A DNA stretch of 64,000 nucleotides from Deltaproteobacteria bacterium (GTDB taxonomy: Bacteria; Desulfobacterota; Desulfobacteria; Desulfobacterales; JAFDMD01). The position numbers were made by a program, and so were the translations under genes. The notes below the pieces were generated by a model. It had not been told where the DNA came from, made no database searches, and saw only the letters and a list, made by a program, of their open reading frames with translations. Where the stretch lies: the NCBI GenBank assembly GCA_019306065.1, contig JAFDMF010000001.1, forward strand, positions 85,244 to 149,243, read 5' to 3'. Position 1 is the stretch's first letter, and every line of letters starts with the position of its first letter. Positions 52,724 through 63,430 of this stretch are shown piece after piece.

Positions 52724-54064
52724 TTATCTTATTGCTTCGCCTTGAACTCTGTTATCTTGGGTTACGCTTGTAATTTTTATTTTTACCATGCTTCCGGACT
52801 TTATGTTCTCTTTATGATAAGGGAAAAAAACAGGAATGTAATTTGAGGTTATGCCTTTTAATAATTCGGGATTGTTTTTATCTTTTTTTTCAATAACGGT
52901 TTCAAGGATGAAATTTTTCATACGATTATAAAAAAGGTTTTTTTTTATTTTTCCGAGTTCTCTTAACCGTAAGGCTCTTTTTTTTATAATATCGTAAGGG
53001 ATTTGTTTTAAGAACTTTGCCGCCGGCGTTCCTTTTCTTGGCGAAAAAGGGAATACATGCAGATAAGTTATAGGAAGTTTTTTTATTAATTGATAGGTAT
53101 TGTTAAAAGCCTCTTCGGTTTCGTTAGGAAATCCTACTATAACGTCTGCTCCTATTGCGGCGTTTGGCGTAAGTTTTGCAATTTTTTTTACGATGTTTTC
53201 AAAATCTTCGGCTTGATAAGCCCTTTTCATTTGTAAAAGTATTTTGTTGTCTCCGCTTTGAAGCGGGATATGAAAATGCCGGCATAAAATATTGGAATCT
53301 GCCGCAAGTTTTATTATATTTTCGGTAAGTTTGTTAGGTTCTATTGAGCTTAACCTTATTCTGCCAACAGGTTTTGTTCGTTCGATTTTTTTTAACAGCT
53401 TAAAAAGATTTGCTGCGGGCATAAGGTCTGCGCCGTAGTTTCCCAAATTAATTCCGGTAAGAACAGCTTCGTAATATCCGGCGTTTCCGAATTTTTTAAC
53501 ACAATCCAAAACCGTATCAAAGGGCATGCTTTTGCTTTTTCCTCTTGCATAGGGAACTATGCAGTAAGAACAAAAAGAGGAGCATCCGTCTTGTATTTTT
53601 AAAAAGGGTCTGCTCCTAAGCCCTATTGGAGTATCCGGTATACAGAAAAAGCTTTTTTCTGAAAATATATTTTTTTTATCAAAAATGTATTTATCGTAAT
53701 TGTTTTTTAATATTATTTCGGCAATATTATGCTTGTTTAAATTCCCTATTACGGCATCTATATCATCTATTTTTTTTGTCTCTTCATATTCGATCTGGGC
53801 ATAACATCCGGTAACTATAAGTTTACGCTTTTTGTCAAAGCTTTTTAAACTCGCGGATTTACGGACTGCTTGTCTGGATTGCATTGAAGCTTTACCTGTA
53901 ACAGCGCAGGTATTTACTATTATAATATCCGCATTTTTATCTGATGCCGTTTGATTATAACCGGCTTTTATCAAAGTATAAGCAATAGATTCGGATTCAA
54001 ATAGATTTACTTTGCAGCCCAGTGTTATAATTTTAAAGTTTTTAGTTTTAATGTTGTTATTCAT
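52724..54064 (-). CDS. mtaB: tRNA methylthiotransferase, MtaB-like (radical SAM, MiaB family)
   Basis: FKIITLGCKVNLFESE UPF0004 N-terminus, CSSFCSYC radical-SAM motif and a C-terminal TRAM-like segment. Confidence 0.8.
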   Translation of the reverse strand: MNNNIKTKNFKIITLGCKVNLFESESIAYTLIKAGYNQTASDKNADIIIVNTCAVTGKASMQSRQAVRKSASLKSFDKKRKLIVTGCYAQIEYEETKKIDDIDAVIGNLNKHNIAEIILKNNYDKYIFDKKNIFSEKSFFCIPDTPIGLRSRPFLKIQDGCSSFCSYCIVPYARGKSKSMPFDTVLDCVKKFGNAGYYEAVLTGINLGNYGADLMPAANLFKLLKKIERTKPVGRIRLSSIEPNKLTENIIKLAADSNILCRHFHIPLQSGDNKILLQMKRAYQAEDFENIVKKIAKLTPNAAIGADVIVGFPNETEEAFNNTYQLIKKLPITYLHVFPFSPRKGTPAAKFLKQIPYDIIKKRALRLRELGKIKKNLFYNRMKNFILETVIEKKDKNNPELLKGITSNYIPVFFPYHKENIKSGSMVKIKITSVTQDNRVQGEAIR

Positions 54065-54160
54065 TTAGATAAATTTCGATTTACTATAATTATTTTTGAA
54101 ATACATAGATACAAAGGAACAAAGAAACGTAAAAAGCCGCTTTGATATTAAAAAACTTCG

Positions 54161-54306
54161 CTTATATTACGCCGGATATTATCAACCGAAAGTAAAAGAG
54201 GCTTTCAGGTCTGCCGTTTGAAAGTTCAAATCGTTAAAAGTAACGATGATATTACCAACATCATCGTTACTTTTGCTTTTAACGGATAATGTCCGGCGTA
54301 ATATAA
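54161..54306. repeat. Nested inverted-repeat structure (outer 22-bp imperfect arms, inner perfect 15-bp stem)
   Basis: Outer arms: cttatattacgccggatattatc (54161-54183) / gataatgtccggcgtaatataa (54285-54306). Inner stem: aaaagtaacgatgat (54236-54250) / atcatcgttactttt (54260-54274). Confidence 0.85.
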
Positions 54307-54405
54307 ACCGTATTTTTTAAATATATGATTTGTTTTTTGCTTAAATCGGTTTCAATTTGTCCTTTTGCTCTTTTATATTAAATATATGTTGCGGCAAATA
54401 ATGTT

Positions 54406-54460
54406 GTAGAGACGTTGCATGCAACGTCTCTACCGCTATTTATATTTTTTGATTAAAGAA
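54406..54460 (-). repeat. Partial reverse-oriented copy of the 150-bp repeat: perfect 28-bp palindrome GTAGAGACGTTGCATGCAACGTCTCTAC plus flank
   Basis: 54406-54433 is a perfect palindrome. The following cgctatttatatttttt is the reverse complement of the ..atataaaaagcg flank seen at 20717-20729. Confidence 0.85.
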
Positions 54461-54505
54461 TTAAGAATTAATTTTTTTATTTCTTGCAGCCTTGTATTTT
54501 TGCCC

Positions 54506-55474
54506 TTAAAAATTTACCGAGTTAATGATTTTGTCTTCCAAAAGGTATGCAGCCATCTGATTTGCTATCATCTCGGCAACTTTTATTTGAGCATCCGTAG
54601 TGCTTGCCCCGAGATGAGGGGTTAAAACAACGTTATCAAGCTTCATAACGGGCATTGAATAATCAGGAGGCTCTACCGGAAACACATCTAATGCTGCGCC
54701 GGCAACATTTTTTTTTATTAACGCTTCATATAAAGCGTTTAAATCAATAACTTCGCCTCTGGAACAGTTTATAAGTCTAATCCCTTTTTTCATTCTGCTT
54801 AATGTTTTGGCATTTATCATACCTTTTGTTTCGGGAAGTTTCGGAACGTGAAAGGTAATGAAATCGGAACGCTTATAAAGATCGTCTAATTCAACCAATT
54901 CCGCTCCAGTCTCTTTTGCCTGCCGCGCTGTTACAAAAGGATCTGCGGCTATTACCTTCATACGAAGCCCGCAAGCTCTGTCCGCTACAATTTTGCCGAT
55001 TTTTCCAAGTCCTACTATCCCTAATGTTTTACCTGTAAGTTCTACTCCTATAAGTTCCTTTTTTGCCCACGTTCCGTTTTTTAAAGTATATGTTCCGCGC
55101 GCAATATTTCGGGCAAGAGACATCATCAAAGCTATTGCATGCTCTGCCGTAGTAATCGCATTGCCTCCGGGGGCGTTCATTACTACAATTTTTTTATTTG
55201 TGCATTCTTCTATGTTTATATTATCAACGCCTACTCCGGCTCTTGCCACAACTTTAAGTTTTAAGGCGTTTTTAAGAATTTTCGGCGTAATTTTTGTTCC
55301 GCTTCTAATGCCTATTCCGTCAAAATTTTTTATAATTTCTGATAAAACTTCAGGCTTACTATTATCTTTGTTATTATCTATCGTAACCTCTATTTTTCCC
55401 GTAGCTTCCAAAATATCTTTTGCTATAAGCGCCATATTGTCTCTTAACATTACTTTATACATTGTTTTTGCCAC
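54506..55474 (-). CDS. D-isomer-specific 2-hydroxyacid dehydrogenase (short SerA/PGDH-like)
   Basis: GIVGLGKIGKIVA NAD-binding motif and the CSRGEVID / PHLGAST catalytic context. Confidence 0.85.
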   Translation of the reverse strand: MAKTMYKVMLRDNMALIAKDILEATGKIEVTIDNNKDNSKPEVLSEIIKNFDGIGIRSGTKITPKILKNALKLKVVARAGVGVDNINIEECTNKKIVVMNAPGGNAITTAEHAIALMMSLARNIARGTYTLKNGTWAKKELIGVELTGKTLGIVGLGKIGKIVADRACGLRMKVIAADPFVTARQAKETGAELVELDDLYKRSDFITFHVPKLPETKGMINAKTLSRMKKGIRLINCSRGEVIDLNALYEALIKKNVAGAALDVFPVEPPDYSMPVMKLDNVVLTPHLGASTTDAQIKVAEMIANQMAAYLLEDKIINSVNF

Positions 55475-55699
55475 TCCTTTTTTTAAAAAAAATTTAAAAG
55501 TTCTTTATTCTAAAAAAATAATGAATGCAATAGTCTTATAAATTTTAGAATTTATCCTAAATGCAGATAAAATAAAGCCGTTTTTTATAAAATTTAATTA
55601 CGGTTAACCTGAGACGGGGAAACCTTACGTTAATTGACAAGATTTCTTGAATGGTTATCTTTCTTGTTATGCAACAAGCCTAAAAAGGAGGATAAGCTT

Positions 55700-58291
55700 A
55701 TGCGTTTTGATAAATTAACGTTAAAATCGCAGGAACTTTTTGCAAACGCTCAATCGTTATCGGAAAAATATAATAATCAGCAGATTGAGCCGGAACATTT
55801 GGTTTTATCCATGTTAGATGATTCGGAAGGAATAGCCGTATCTATATTTCATAAATTAGGAGTTTTGCCGGAAGATATAAAAAAGGATATTGCGCTTGCC
55901 GTAAAAGGCTTTCCGAAAGTAAGCGGAGCGGGTATGGGAGAGGTTTATATATCGGAACGGACTAAAAAGCTTATGGAAGCCGCATTTAAATCCGCTGCGG
56001 ATATGAAGGATCAATATATAAGCATCGAACATATTCTTCTTGCCGCAACGGAAGTAAAGGATGGAAAACTTAATGATAGTTTTAATAAATATAAAATTAC
56101 AAAAGAGATAATTTTAAAAGCCTTGTTAGATGTACGCGGACATCAGCGGATAACAGATCAAAATCCGGAAGAAAAATATCAGGCTTTGGATAAATTCAGC
56201 AACGATTTAACAGACATGGCAAGGCTTGGGAAGATAGATCCGGTAATAGGAAGAGACGAAGAAATAAGAAGGGTTGTGCAGGTGCTTTTAAGAAGAACTA
56301 AAAACAATCCTGTTCTTATAGGAGAGCCGGGAGTAGGCAAAACCGCCATAGTAGAAGGGCTTGCTCAAAGAATAGCTGCAAAAGACGTATCGGATGCTTT
56401 AAAGGATAAAAAACTTGCGGCGTTGGATTTGGGAGCGCTTATTGCAGGAACAAAATACAGAGGAGAGTTTGAAGACAGGCTTAAAGCGGTTTTAAAGGAG
56501 ATTGAAAAATCGGACGGGCAGATTATATTTTTTATAGATGAGCTTCATACTTTGGTAGGAGCCGGCGCAAGCGAGGGCTCGATGGATGCTTCTAATATGT
56601 TAAAACCGGCTTTGGCGCGCGGAACATTAAGATGTATAGGAGCTACAACCATAAATGAATATAAAAAATATATTGAAAAGGATACTGCGTTAGAAAGACG
56701 TTTTCAGCCTGTTTTTGTTAAAGAGCCTTCGATAGAAGATACGGTATCTATTTTAAGAGGGCTTAAAGAAAAATACGAAGTCCATCATGGGATTAGGATT
56801 ACGGATTCTGCGATAGTTGCGGCGGCAAATCTTTCTGCTCGTTATATAGCGGATAGATTCTTGCCGGATAAAGCTATAGACCTTATAGACGAATGCGCTT
56901 CGAAATTAAGAATAGCAATAGACAGTATGCCGGAAGACATAGATGCGGTTTGCCGTAAAATTACCCGATTGGAAGTTGAAAAGGAGGCTTTGAAAAAAGA
57001 AAGCGACGCCGCTTCTATAGATAGAAGCGAAAAGCTTGATAAGGAGTTGGGAGATTTAAAAGAGGAACTTGCAACATTAAAGGCTCATTGGGAAAATGAA
57101 AAAAACGGCATACAGGAAATAAGAAAGATTAAAGAGGAGATAGATAAAATAAAAACCGAAGAGCAAAATGCGGAACGGGAAGGAGATTTGGCAAAAGTAG
57201 CGGAACTCAGATATGGCAAAACCGTAGATCTTTTAAATAGATTGGAAGAATCGAAAAAAAGATTGGAAGAGCTTCAAAAATCAAAAAGAATATTAAAAGA
57301 GGAGGTGGATGAAGAGGATATTGCAAATGTTCTTTCTAAATGGACTAATATACCGGTTGCCAAAATGTTAGAAGGCGAAAAGGATAAGCTTGTTAAGATG
57401 GAAGATATTTTATCCGAAAATGTTATAGGACAAAAAGAGGCGGTTTTGGCAGTATCTAATGCTGTTTGGCGTTCTCGCTCCGGTATTGGCGACCCTAACA
57501 GACCTATAGGTTCTTTTATATTTATGGGACCTACAGGGGTGGGTAAAACAGAGCTTGCAAAAAGGTTGGCGGAATTTTTATTTAATTCGGAGCAGTCTAT
57601 TATAAGGGTTGATATGTCCGAATATATGGAAAAGCACAGCGTGGCAAGGCTTATAGGCGCGCCTCCAGGATATGTGGGATATGACGAAGGCGGTTTTTTA
57701 ACGGAAGCGGTTAGAAGACGCCCTTATTCTGTAATACTTTTTGACGAGATAGAAAAGGCTCATTCTGAAGTTTTTAATGTTTTGCTTCAAATTTTAGACG
57801 ACGGACGTATGACGGACGGAAAGGGAAGAACCGTTAATTTTAAAAATACGATTATTATAATGACTTCAAATATAGGAAGCAGAGTAATTCAGGAGTATTC
57901 TTCCGGGGGCAACAACGAAATAATGTTCGAAAAGGTAAATGAAGCTTTAAAAAACGCATTTAAGCCGGAGTTTTTAAACAGGATTGACGAAACTATTATA
58001 TTTAAAAACCTTGATGCAGACGAGCTTATGGAAATAGTAAAGATTCAGGTAAAAAAACTTGAAGCAAGGCTTCAAAATAGAAGAATTAATTTTAAATTGG
58101 CAAAAGAGGTATATAATTTTTTAAGTAAAAAAGGGTATAACCCTGCTTTTGGGGCAAGACCTTTGAAAAGAGCAATTCAGAAGTATCTTGAAAATCCTTT
58201 GGCTTTGTATATTTTGCAGCTTGAGGATACGGAAGATATTTTTATTAAGGCAAAGGTTGCGGATGCAGGGGATAAAATTGTTTTTGAATAA
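55700..58291 (+). CDS. clpB: ATP-dependent chaperone ClpB
   Basis: Clp_N repeats, two AAA+ modules ([13 protein letters not shown]; [12 protein letters not shown]) and a middle coiled coil. ATG at 55700 follows AAGGAGG. Confidence 0.95.
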   Translation: MRFDKLTLKSQELFANAQSLSEKYNNQQIEPEHLVLSMLDDSEGIAVSIFHKLGVLPEDIKKDIALAVKGFPKVSGAGMGEVYISERTKKLMEAAFKSAADMKDQYISIEHILLAATEVKDGKLNDSFNKYKITKEIILKALLDVRGHQRITDQNPEEKYQALDKFSNDLTDMARLGKIDPVIGRDEEIRRVVQVLLRRTKNNPVLIGEPGVGKTAIVEGLAQRIAAKDVSDALKDKKLAALDLGALIAGTKYRGEFEDRLKAVLKEIEKSDGQIIFFIDELHTLVGAGASEGSMDASNMLKPALARGTLRCIGATTINEYKKYIEKDTALERRFQPVFVKEPSIEDTVSILRGLKEKYEVHHGIRITDSAIVAAANLSARYIADRFLPDKAIDLIDECASKLRIAIDSMPEDIDAVCRKITRLEVEKEALKKESDAASIDRSEKLDKELGDLKEELATLKAHWENEKNGIQEIRKIKEEIDKIKTEEQNAEREGDLAKVAELRYGKTVDLLNRLEESKKRLEELQKSKRILKEEVDEEDIANVLSKWTNIPVAKMLEGEKDKLVKMEDILSENVIGQKEAVLAVSNAVWRSRSGIGDPNRPIGSFIFMGPTGVGKTELAKRLAEFLFNSEQSIIRVDMSEYMEKHSVARLIGAPPGYVGYDEGGFLTEAVRRRPYSVILFDEIEKAHSEVFNVLLQILDDGRMTDGKGRTVNFKNTIIIMTSNIGSRVIQEYSSGGNNEIMFEKVNEALKNAFKPEFLNRIDETIIFKNLDADELMEIVKIQVKKLEARLQNRRINFKLAKEVYNFLSKKGYNPAFGARPLKRAIQKYLENPLALYILQLEDTEDIFIKAKVADAGDKIVFE

Positions 58292-58350
58292 CCGATAATA
58301 AAAAAAAGACCCTTGAAAACAAACAAAATCATTTGTTATGCAAGGGTTTT

Positions 58351-58384
58351 AAAAAGGGCTGGTTTTTTAAACCAGCCCTTTTTA
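58351..58384 (+). terminator. Rho-independent terminator after clpB
   Basis: AAAGGGCTGGTTT / AAACCAGCCCTTT stem followed by TTTT. Confidence 0.7.
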
Positions 58385-58422
58385 GTTTGATTTTTGGATA
58401 CGATATAAAACGAGGACTATTT

Positions 58423-58998
58423 TTATATCGTAGTTAGTCTTTTGTTTGCCTCAAACGAAAGCTTTTCCAAAGCATTATCAGGGGCTAAATATTTTCCTAC
58501 TATTTTTGACGTTTTTCCCGCCGCATTACCCATATGATTCAAATCTTTTTTAATGCTTGATATAAGCTCTTTAATTATTAATACCGAAATATAAAAGCAT
58601 AAAATAAGAATAAATAATAAAATTAATAGCGGAGATGAGAAAGTCATATAATTTAGAAGAGTCCGCCCCGCTTCTTCCCTTGTTTTTTTTATAAATTCCG
58701 CTAACTTTTTATTGTTTGTTTTGAATTGGTTTTCTATATCTTTTGTTATATAATCTCTTAATTTTGTATCGTTATTAATTTTAATTGCAAAATAAGAAAC
58801 TGTTGTAAACGATATTTTCTCGGTAAAACGGAGATGACTATTTAACATATCTCTTAAATTTTTATAAGTATCATCATTAAGAGATATATTGTTTGATATA
58901 TAAAAATCTCTTGTTTTTTCTCTAAGATCGAATAATTTATCTCTATAGCGGTCAAGAATTGACGGACGCAAAATATATTTCCAAATTATCATAAACAA
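58423..58998 (-). CDS. Hypothetical membrane protein (about 191 aa, C-terminal TM)
   Basis: ORF with a TM segment SPLLILLFILILCFYISVLII. The start is uncertain (TTG/ATG; the hydrophobic frame stays open to the preceding stop). I recognise no family. Confidence 0.45.
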   Translation of the reverse strand: MFMIIWKYILRPSILDRYRDKLFDLREKTRDFYISNNISLNDDTYKNLRDMLNSHLRFTEKISFTTVSYFAIKINNDTKLRDYITKDIENQFKTNNKKLAEFIKKTREEAGRTLLNYMTFSSPLLILLFILILCFYISVLIIKELISSIKKDLNHMGNAAGKTSKIVGKYLAPDNALEKLSFEANKRLTTI

Positions 58999-59030
58999 TA
59001 AGATATTTATTCCGAAAAATATTGTATTTA

Positions 59031-59228
59031 TTATTTTTTGCCTCCTGTTTTTGGGGTTTCGCCGGTATTTGTAAGCCCGCTTGAAGAACGATAGCTATCT
59101 TTACTTTCAGCTAAGTTTTGATATTTGCCTTTTTCTTTGATAGCTCGTTTTTTGCCTCTTCTTTCAATAGACCAACCTATGCCTGTAAACCCTGTTAATA
59201 AATATCCTGTTGTGTTTGAAAAGTTCAA
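59031..59228 (-). CDS. Hypothetical small protein
   Basis: 65-codon ORF with a TTG start, hydrophobic N-terminus GYLLTGFTGIGWSI and basic tail. Weak support. Confidence 0.3.
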   Translation of the reverse strand: MNFSNTTGYLLTGFTGIGWSIERRGKKRAIKEKGKYQNLAESKDSYRSSSGLTNTGETPKTGGKK

Positions 59229-59384
59229 CTTGTCAATAACTAATGCTATCGTATTATATTGAAAAAAGATGCTTTATTAAACCGCAAATGGAATCAAATT
59301 TTTCAGTAGCCATTTTTTGTTTTTTATATAACAATCAAATAATGTCAAGCGGCCTCTTTATAAAACGGTTTAAAAATCGGAATT

Positions 59385-60044
59385 TTACGATTTTTTGAAT
59401 TTTATAACTTTTTCAACGTTGTTGTGCCAAATATGAACATTTTTTATATTGATTTTTAAAACTTTTATGCCGTCTTTTACTTCGCCCTCTTTCATTGGGC
59501 TGTCATTGATGATAGCGATGCGTTCATTCGGATCATGCATCCAAGATATCATATTTAATTCTATCTCAGGCTTGGAAGCTTTTTCGGTTAAAACTGCATT
59601 GGCAGGTTCGGGTTTAAAGGCAGGTTCCGGCTCCGGTTCTGGCAATAGCTCCGGCTCATTCTTTTTTTCGGTATTGGTTTCTACAGGAGAGGATTCCTGT
59701 TTTGTTGCTTGGGTTTGATTAATAGAATAATTTTGTGAATCGGATGTTTTTTTTATATCCGATTTATTGGGAAATTCAGTCGACTTTTTTCCCGAATTTT
59801 TTTGCGCAAAATATATGCTTGCGTCTATTTGTTTGGTTTTGCCAACTTTTTTATTATTGAAATTATACAGATATAAGATTGAACATAAAAAAGATAGAAT
59901 TAGAACCCCAAATAACCCGCTTCTAATAAAATTATAAGATAGTTTTTTTTTTTCGCTACGCTTTAAAAATGAATGTATAAAAGGCGCAGAGTCTTGGGCT
60001 TTCTCTTTTTCCGCTTTTTTCAAGGCTTTTAGTACAGAACTCAA
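59385..60044 (-). CDS. GspB/ExeB-like protein (partner of ExeA-type ATPase)
   Basis: MSSVLKALKKAEKEK N-terminus, single TM, Pro/Glu-rich linker and a C-terminal RIAIINDSPMKEGE..IKVLKI segment. Overlaps the upstream ATPase gene stop. Confidence 0.6.
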   Translation of the reverse strand: MSSVLKALKKAEKEKAQDSAPFIHSFLKRSEKKKLSYNFIRSGLFGVLILSFLCSILYLYNFNNKKVGKTKQIDASIYFAQKNSGKKSTEFPNKSDIKKTSDSQNYSINQTQATKQESSPVETNTEKKNEPELLPEPEPEPAFKPEPANAVLTEKASKPEIELNMISWMHDPNERIAIINDSPMKEGEVKDGIKVLKINIKNVHIWHNNVEKVIKFKKS

Positions 60045-61795
60045 TTTTTATTCGTCTCCTTTTCAAATCTGATATGTGGAATATCCAATGTGCCTAATTC
60101 ATTATAAAGTATTATTTTGGTTAAAGAGCCTACAACTCCGTCCTGATTTATATTATGTTTTCGCTGCACGCTTCTTATTGCTTCATCTGTTTCGTCGTTA
60201 AATTCATAATTCGATATTAGATTATTAAAGCCTACATTTTTTAAAAGTATTTTTAACGAGGATACAGAGGAAGGTAATGTATCAACAGGAGGGGTGCCTA
60301 CTATGTTAAAAAAATTTTTCCAAAAAACATAAGCATAAGAAAAATTGTTCTTATAAAGTTCTTCTATCGGAATATTCGCGGTTTTTTTTCCGGATTTTAA
60401 AATTACTCCCTCTTGATTTTCGGTTATTTCTGTTAAAACTACAAATTTTTTAATATCAGATCCAACCGGATTGAACTCTAATACTGCCGGAAGATTTAAT
60501 TTTTTTAGAAGGTTAATATTGTTTCCCAATTTTTTAACCATGAAATTGTTGTATTGCCCTATAGATATAAAAAATAGGTTGGGGTCCGAATAGTTAGAAG
60601 AAGAATTCGGTTCGTTAAAGTCAATATCCCAAAGTTTAATAATATCTTTTGCCGCAGTTATAGCGGAAGCCTCGGAAAGTATGCTTTTGATTTTTAATTT
60701 TTTAACAGGCAAAGGTTTTTTTTTAAGTTTAACTTCCTGTTTTTGAACGGAAATTTTTTCGACGGCATTGTCGGGCGGCGTAATAGCTTTTTCTTCAACA
60801 ATTTTTTGCGGTAGATTAATCGGTTTTTTTTGGGGGATGGTATTTTCCATTTGTCTGACGGGGCTTTTTTCCGTAGATGAAATATCGCTTCTATTGGTTT
60901 TAATAATAAAAAAAAAGAATATTATGACCAATAGCGCGGCTGCAGATACTGTTATAGTTATTTTGAAATTATCGCTTTTCTCACTTTTTCCTGTCCGCAG
61001 AATTTCGTCCATGGTTATTTTGGCAATTTTTTTTGTAACATACTTACTGTTATTGGAAAATGCTGTAAGAAGCATTCTGTCGCATATAATATTAATGAGT
61101 CTCGGAATGCCTTTTGAATATTCAAAAATTTTTTTTACCGTATCCTTTGCAAAAAGATCTCCTCTTCGTCTTGAAGCTATATGAAGCCTATGAATTATGT
61201 AATCGTTTGTTTCCGAAAAACTAAGAGAGGCAAGCTCGCATGATAGGGATATTCGTTGGGCAAGTTGTCTTAGTTCGTATTTTTCCAGCAGAGTATTTAA
61301 TTCCGATTGTCCGACAAGTATAATTAGCAGCAGTTTACTTTTTACGGTTTCCAGATTGGATAAAAGCCTTATTTGTTCTAATGCTTCAATGCTTAGATCT
61401 TGGGCTTCGTCTATTATAAGAACCGCTTTTTTGCTTTCTGTTTTTTGTTTGATAAGAAAAGCGGTTAATTCGTCCGTAAGGGTTTTTATATTATCTGCTT
61501 GTGAATCGATGCCGAATTCATCGTTTATAGTTTTTAGAAGTTGTATCGAATCAAGTTTGGGATTAAAAATATAAGCGGAATTTACGGATTGATCTAAAGA
61601 TTCCAAAAATGTTCTACAAAGTAAAGTTTTTCCGGAACCTACTCTGCCTGTTATTTTAGCAAATCCGTTTCCTTCGTGAATAGAATAGGTTAAATGCGAT
61701 AGAACATCTTCATGACTTTTTGAAAGGAATATGTATTCAGGATCCGGATTTAGGGTAAAAGGCTTTTCTTTAAAACCAAAAAAAGTATTATACAT
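60041..61795 (-). CDS. ExeA/GspA-family AAA ATPase with C-terminal peptidoglycan-binding domain
   Basis: FGFKEKPFTLNPDPEYIF, Walker A GRVGSGKT, central TM and C-terminal RSVQRKHNINQDGVVGSLT (PG_binding_1-like). Confidence 0.85.
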   Translation of the reverse strand: MYNTFFGFKEKPFTLNPDPEYIFLSKSHEDVLSHLTYSIHEGNGFAKITGRVGSGKTLLCRTFLESLDQSVNSAYIFNPKLDSIQLLKTINDEFGIDSQADNIKTLTDELTAFLIKQKTESKKAVLIIDEAQDLSIEALEQIRLLSNLETVKSKLLLIILVGQSELNTLLEKYELRQLAQRISLSCELASLSFSETNDYIIHRLHIASRRRGDLFAKDTVKKIFEYSKGIPRLINIICDRMLLTAFSNNSKYVTKKIAKITMDEILRTGKSEKSDNFKITITVSAAALLVIIFFFFIIKTNRSDISSTEKSPVRQMENTIPQKKPINLPQKIVEEKAITPPDNAVEKISVQKQEVKLKKKPLPVKKLKIKSILSEASAITAAKDIIKLWDIDFNEPNSSSNYSDPNLFFISIGQYNNFMVKKLGNNINLLKKLNLPAVLEFNPVGSDIKKFVVLTEITENQEGVILKSGKKTANIPIEELYKNNFSYAYVFWKNFFNIVGTPPVDTLPSSVSSLKILLKNVGFNNLISNYEFNDETDEAIRSVQRKHNINQDGVVGSLTKIILYNELGTLDIPHIRFEKETNKN

Positions 61796-62012
61796 GCTTT
61801 ATCAATCTTAATTGTAGTTGCAGTCAATCTAAATATAACCTATTTTCTAATTTTTTTTAAATAAAAAGTCAAACGATTATTTTTATCATAATTTTAATAA
61901 TATATTCACAATTTATAAGTATAATTGTTCGATTTTAAAATTTTTTGTTTTTTTTATTCCCACAAGAGATAGCTGACCGCTTTTCTTATCAAACGTCGTT
62001 TTCAGTATACAA

Positions 62013-62049
62013 AAAGGAGAAATAACTTTTATTTCTCCTTTTTTTTTGC
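62013..62049 (-). terminator. Rho-independent terminator after sat (A-run/T-run flanked, potentially bidirectional)
   Basis: GGAGAAAT (62016-62023) / ATTTCTCC (62031-62038), flanked by AAAAA and TTTTTTTTT. Confidence 0.65.
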
Positions 62050-62061
62050 TTATGACAAGAT

Positions 62062-63339
62062 TTATTTTCCGCCGGTAGCGGCGGCATGTGTTTTAATCTC
62101 TACTTTTTCGGTAAGAGTGCTGTAATATTTTCGTAGAATATCTAATACTTCGTCTCGTCCGAAATGATCCGGAATAGGCGTTCCTTCGGAAAGTCCTTTT
62201 CTTAACATTGTGCCGGAAAGAAGAACTCTGTCCGCTTTATCGTGAGGACATGTTTTTAACGATGCCATTCCGTCGCATTGTTTACAATAGAATGTCCAGT
62301 CGATTTTTAAAGGAGCGCATAATAATGCTTTGCCTTCTCCCGCAGGCTGTGGAATTTTATCAAAGATTGTCTGAGCTTCAAACATTCCGTAAAAATCGCC
62401 TACGCCGGCATGGTCTCTGCCTATAATCATACGAGATACGCCGTAGTTTTGTCTGAAGGTGGCATGAAGCAATCCTTCTCTTGGGCCTGCATAACGCATA
62501 TCAAGAGGATAACCTCCTTGTACCACTTTATCTTCAACAAAATAATTTTTTACCAGAACATCTATACATTTTACTCTTATGTCCGCTGGAATATCTCCGG
62601 GTTTAAGATTTCCTACTAATGAATGTATAAATACCCCATCGCAGACTTCTACGGCTATTTTTGCAAGATATTCATGGGATCTGTGCATCGGATTTCTAAG
62701 CTGTAAAGCGGCTATCTCTTTCCAACCTCTTTTTTCGAATATTTTACGCGCTTCTGCGGGTCTTTGATAAATGCCAGCATATTTTACAGGATATTCTCCT
62801 TCGCTTAATACTTTAACGAGTCCGGCGAGATTATATTTTTTTTGATTCATTACCATCTGAACTCCGGGATGGTCATCTTTTGCGATTTTCCAGAATTCTT
62901 CGGGGGTATTCGTACCTTCGCCCATATATACTTTTTCGCATTCGAATTTTTTATCGGCTTCGGTCATTTCATATTTTTCGGTAACTTTCATTGTCGCCAT
63001 TATTTCGTTGCCCTTAGGATCAAAAAGAGCTATTTCTTCGCCTATAGAAATGGCATTTGCATCTTCTGCAGATACGTCGAAAGTAACGGGAATAGGCCAA
63101 AAAGTGCCATCTTTCAATAAGAAGTTTTCACATACTCCTTTCCAATCGGCTTTGTTCATAAAGCCTGTAAGCGGGCTAAAGCCCCCTATTCCCATCATTA
63201 TAAGATCCCCTTTTACTCTGGGCGATATGGGAACTTGTTTTAATGAAGCCGCTTTTTTCTTTTCCGCTTCCAGTTCATTTCCCTCGAGCAGACAACAGGT
63301 TAAGCCTTTTCCGCCATGCGGTGGAATTAATTTTGACAT
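62062..63339 (-). CDS. sat: Sulfate adenylyltransferase (ATP sulfurylase)
   Basis: [10 protein letters not shown].., [21 protein letters not shown]. Length of 425 aa and the C-terminal Cys cluster resemble sulfate-reducer Sat. Confidence 0.93.
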   Translation of the reverse strand: MSKLIPPHGGKGLTCCLLEGNELEAEKKKAASLKQVPISPRVKGDLIMMGIGGFSPLTGFMNKADWKGVCENFLLKDGTFWPIPVTFDVSAEDANAISIGEEIALFDPKGNEIMATMKVTEKYEMTEADKKFECEKVYMGEGTNTPEEFWKIAKDDHPGVQMVMNQKKYNLAGLVKVLSEGEYPVKYAGIYQRPAEARKIFEKRGWKEIAALQLRNPMHRSHEYLAKIAVEVCDGVFIHSLVGNLKPGDIPADIRVKCIDVLVKNYFVEDKVVQGGYPLDMRYAGPREGLLHATFRQNYGVSRMIIGRDHAGVGDFYGMFEAQTIFDKIPQPAGEGKALLCAPLKIDWTFYCKQCDGMASLKTCPHDKADRVLLSGTMLRKGLSEGTPIPDHFGRDEVLDILRKYYSTLTEKVEIKTHAAATGGK

Positions 63340-63430
63340 TTGTTAAATTCTCCTTTCGATTTTTTTTGAAAAAACTAAAATTTTATTTACTCCGTTAAAG
63401 TTATATAAATTACCTAATACTATATAAGTA

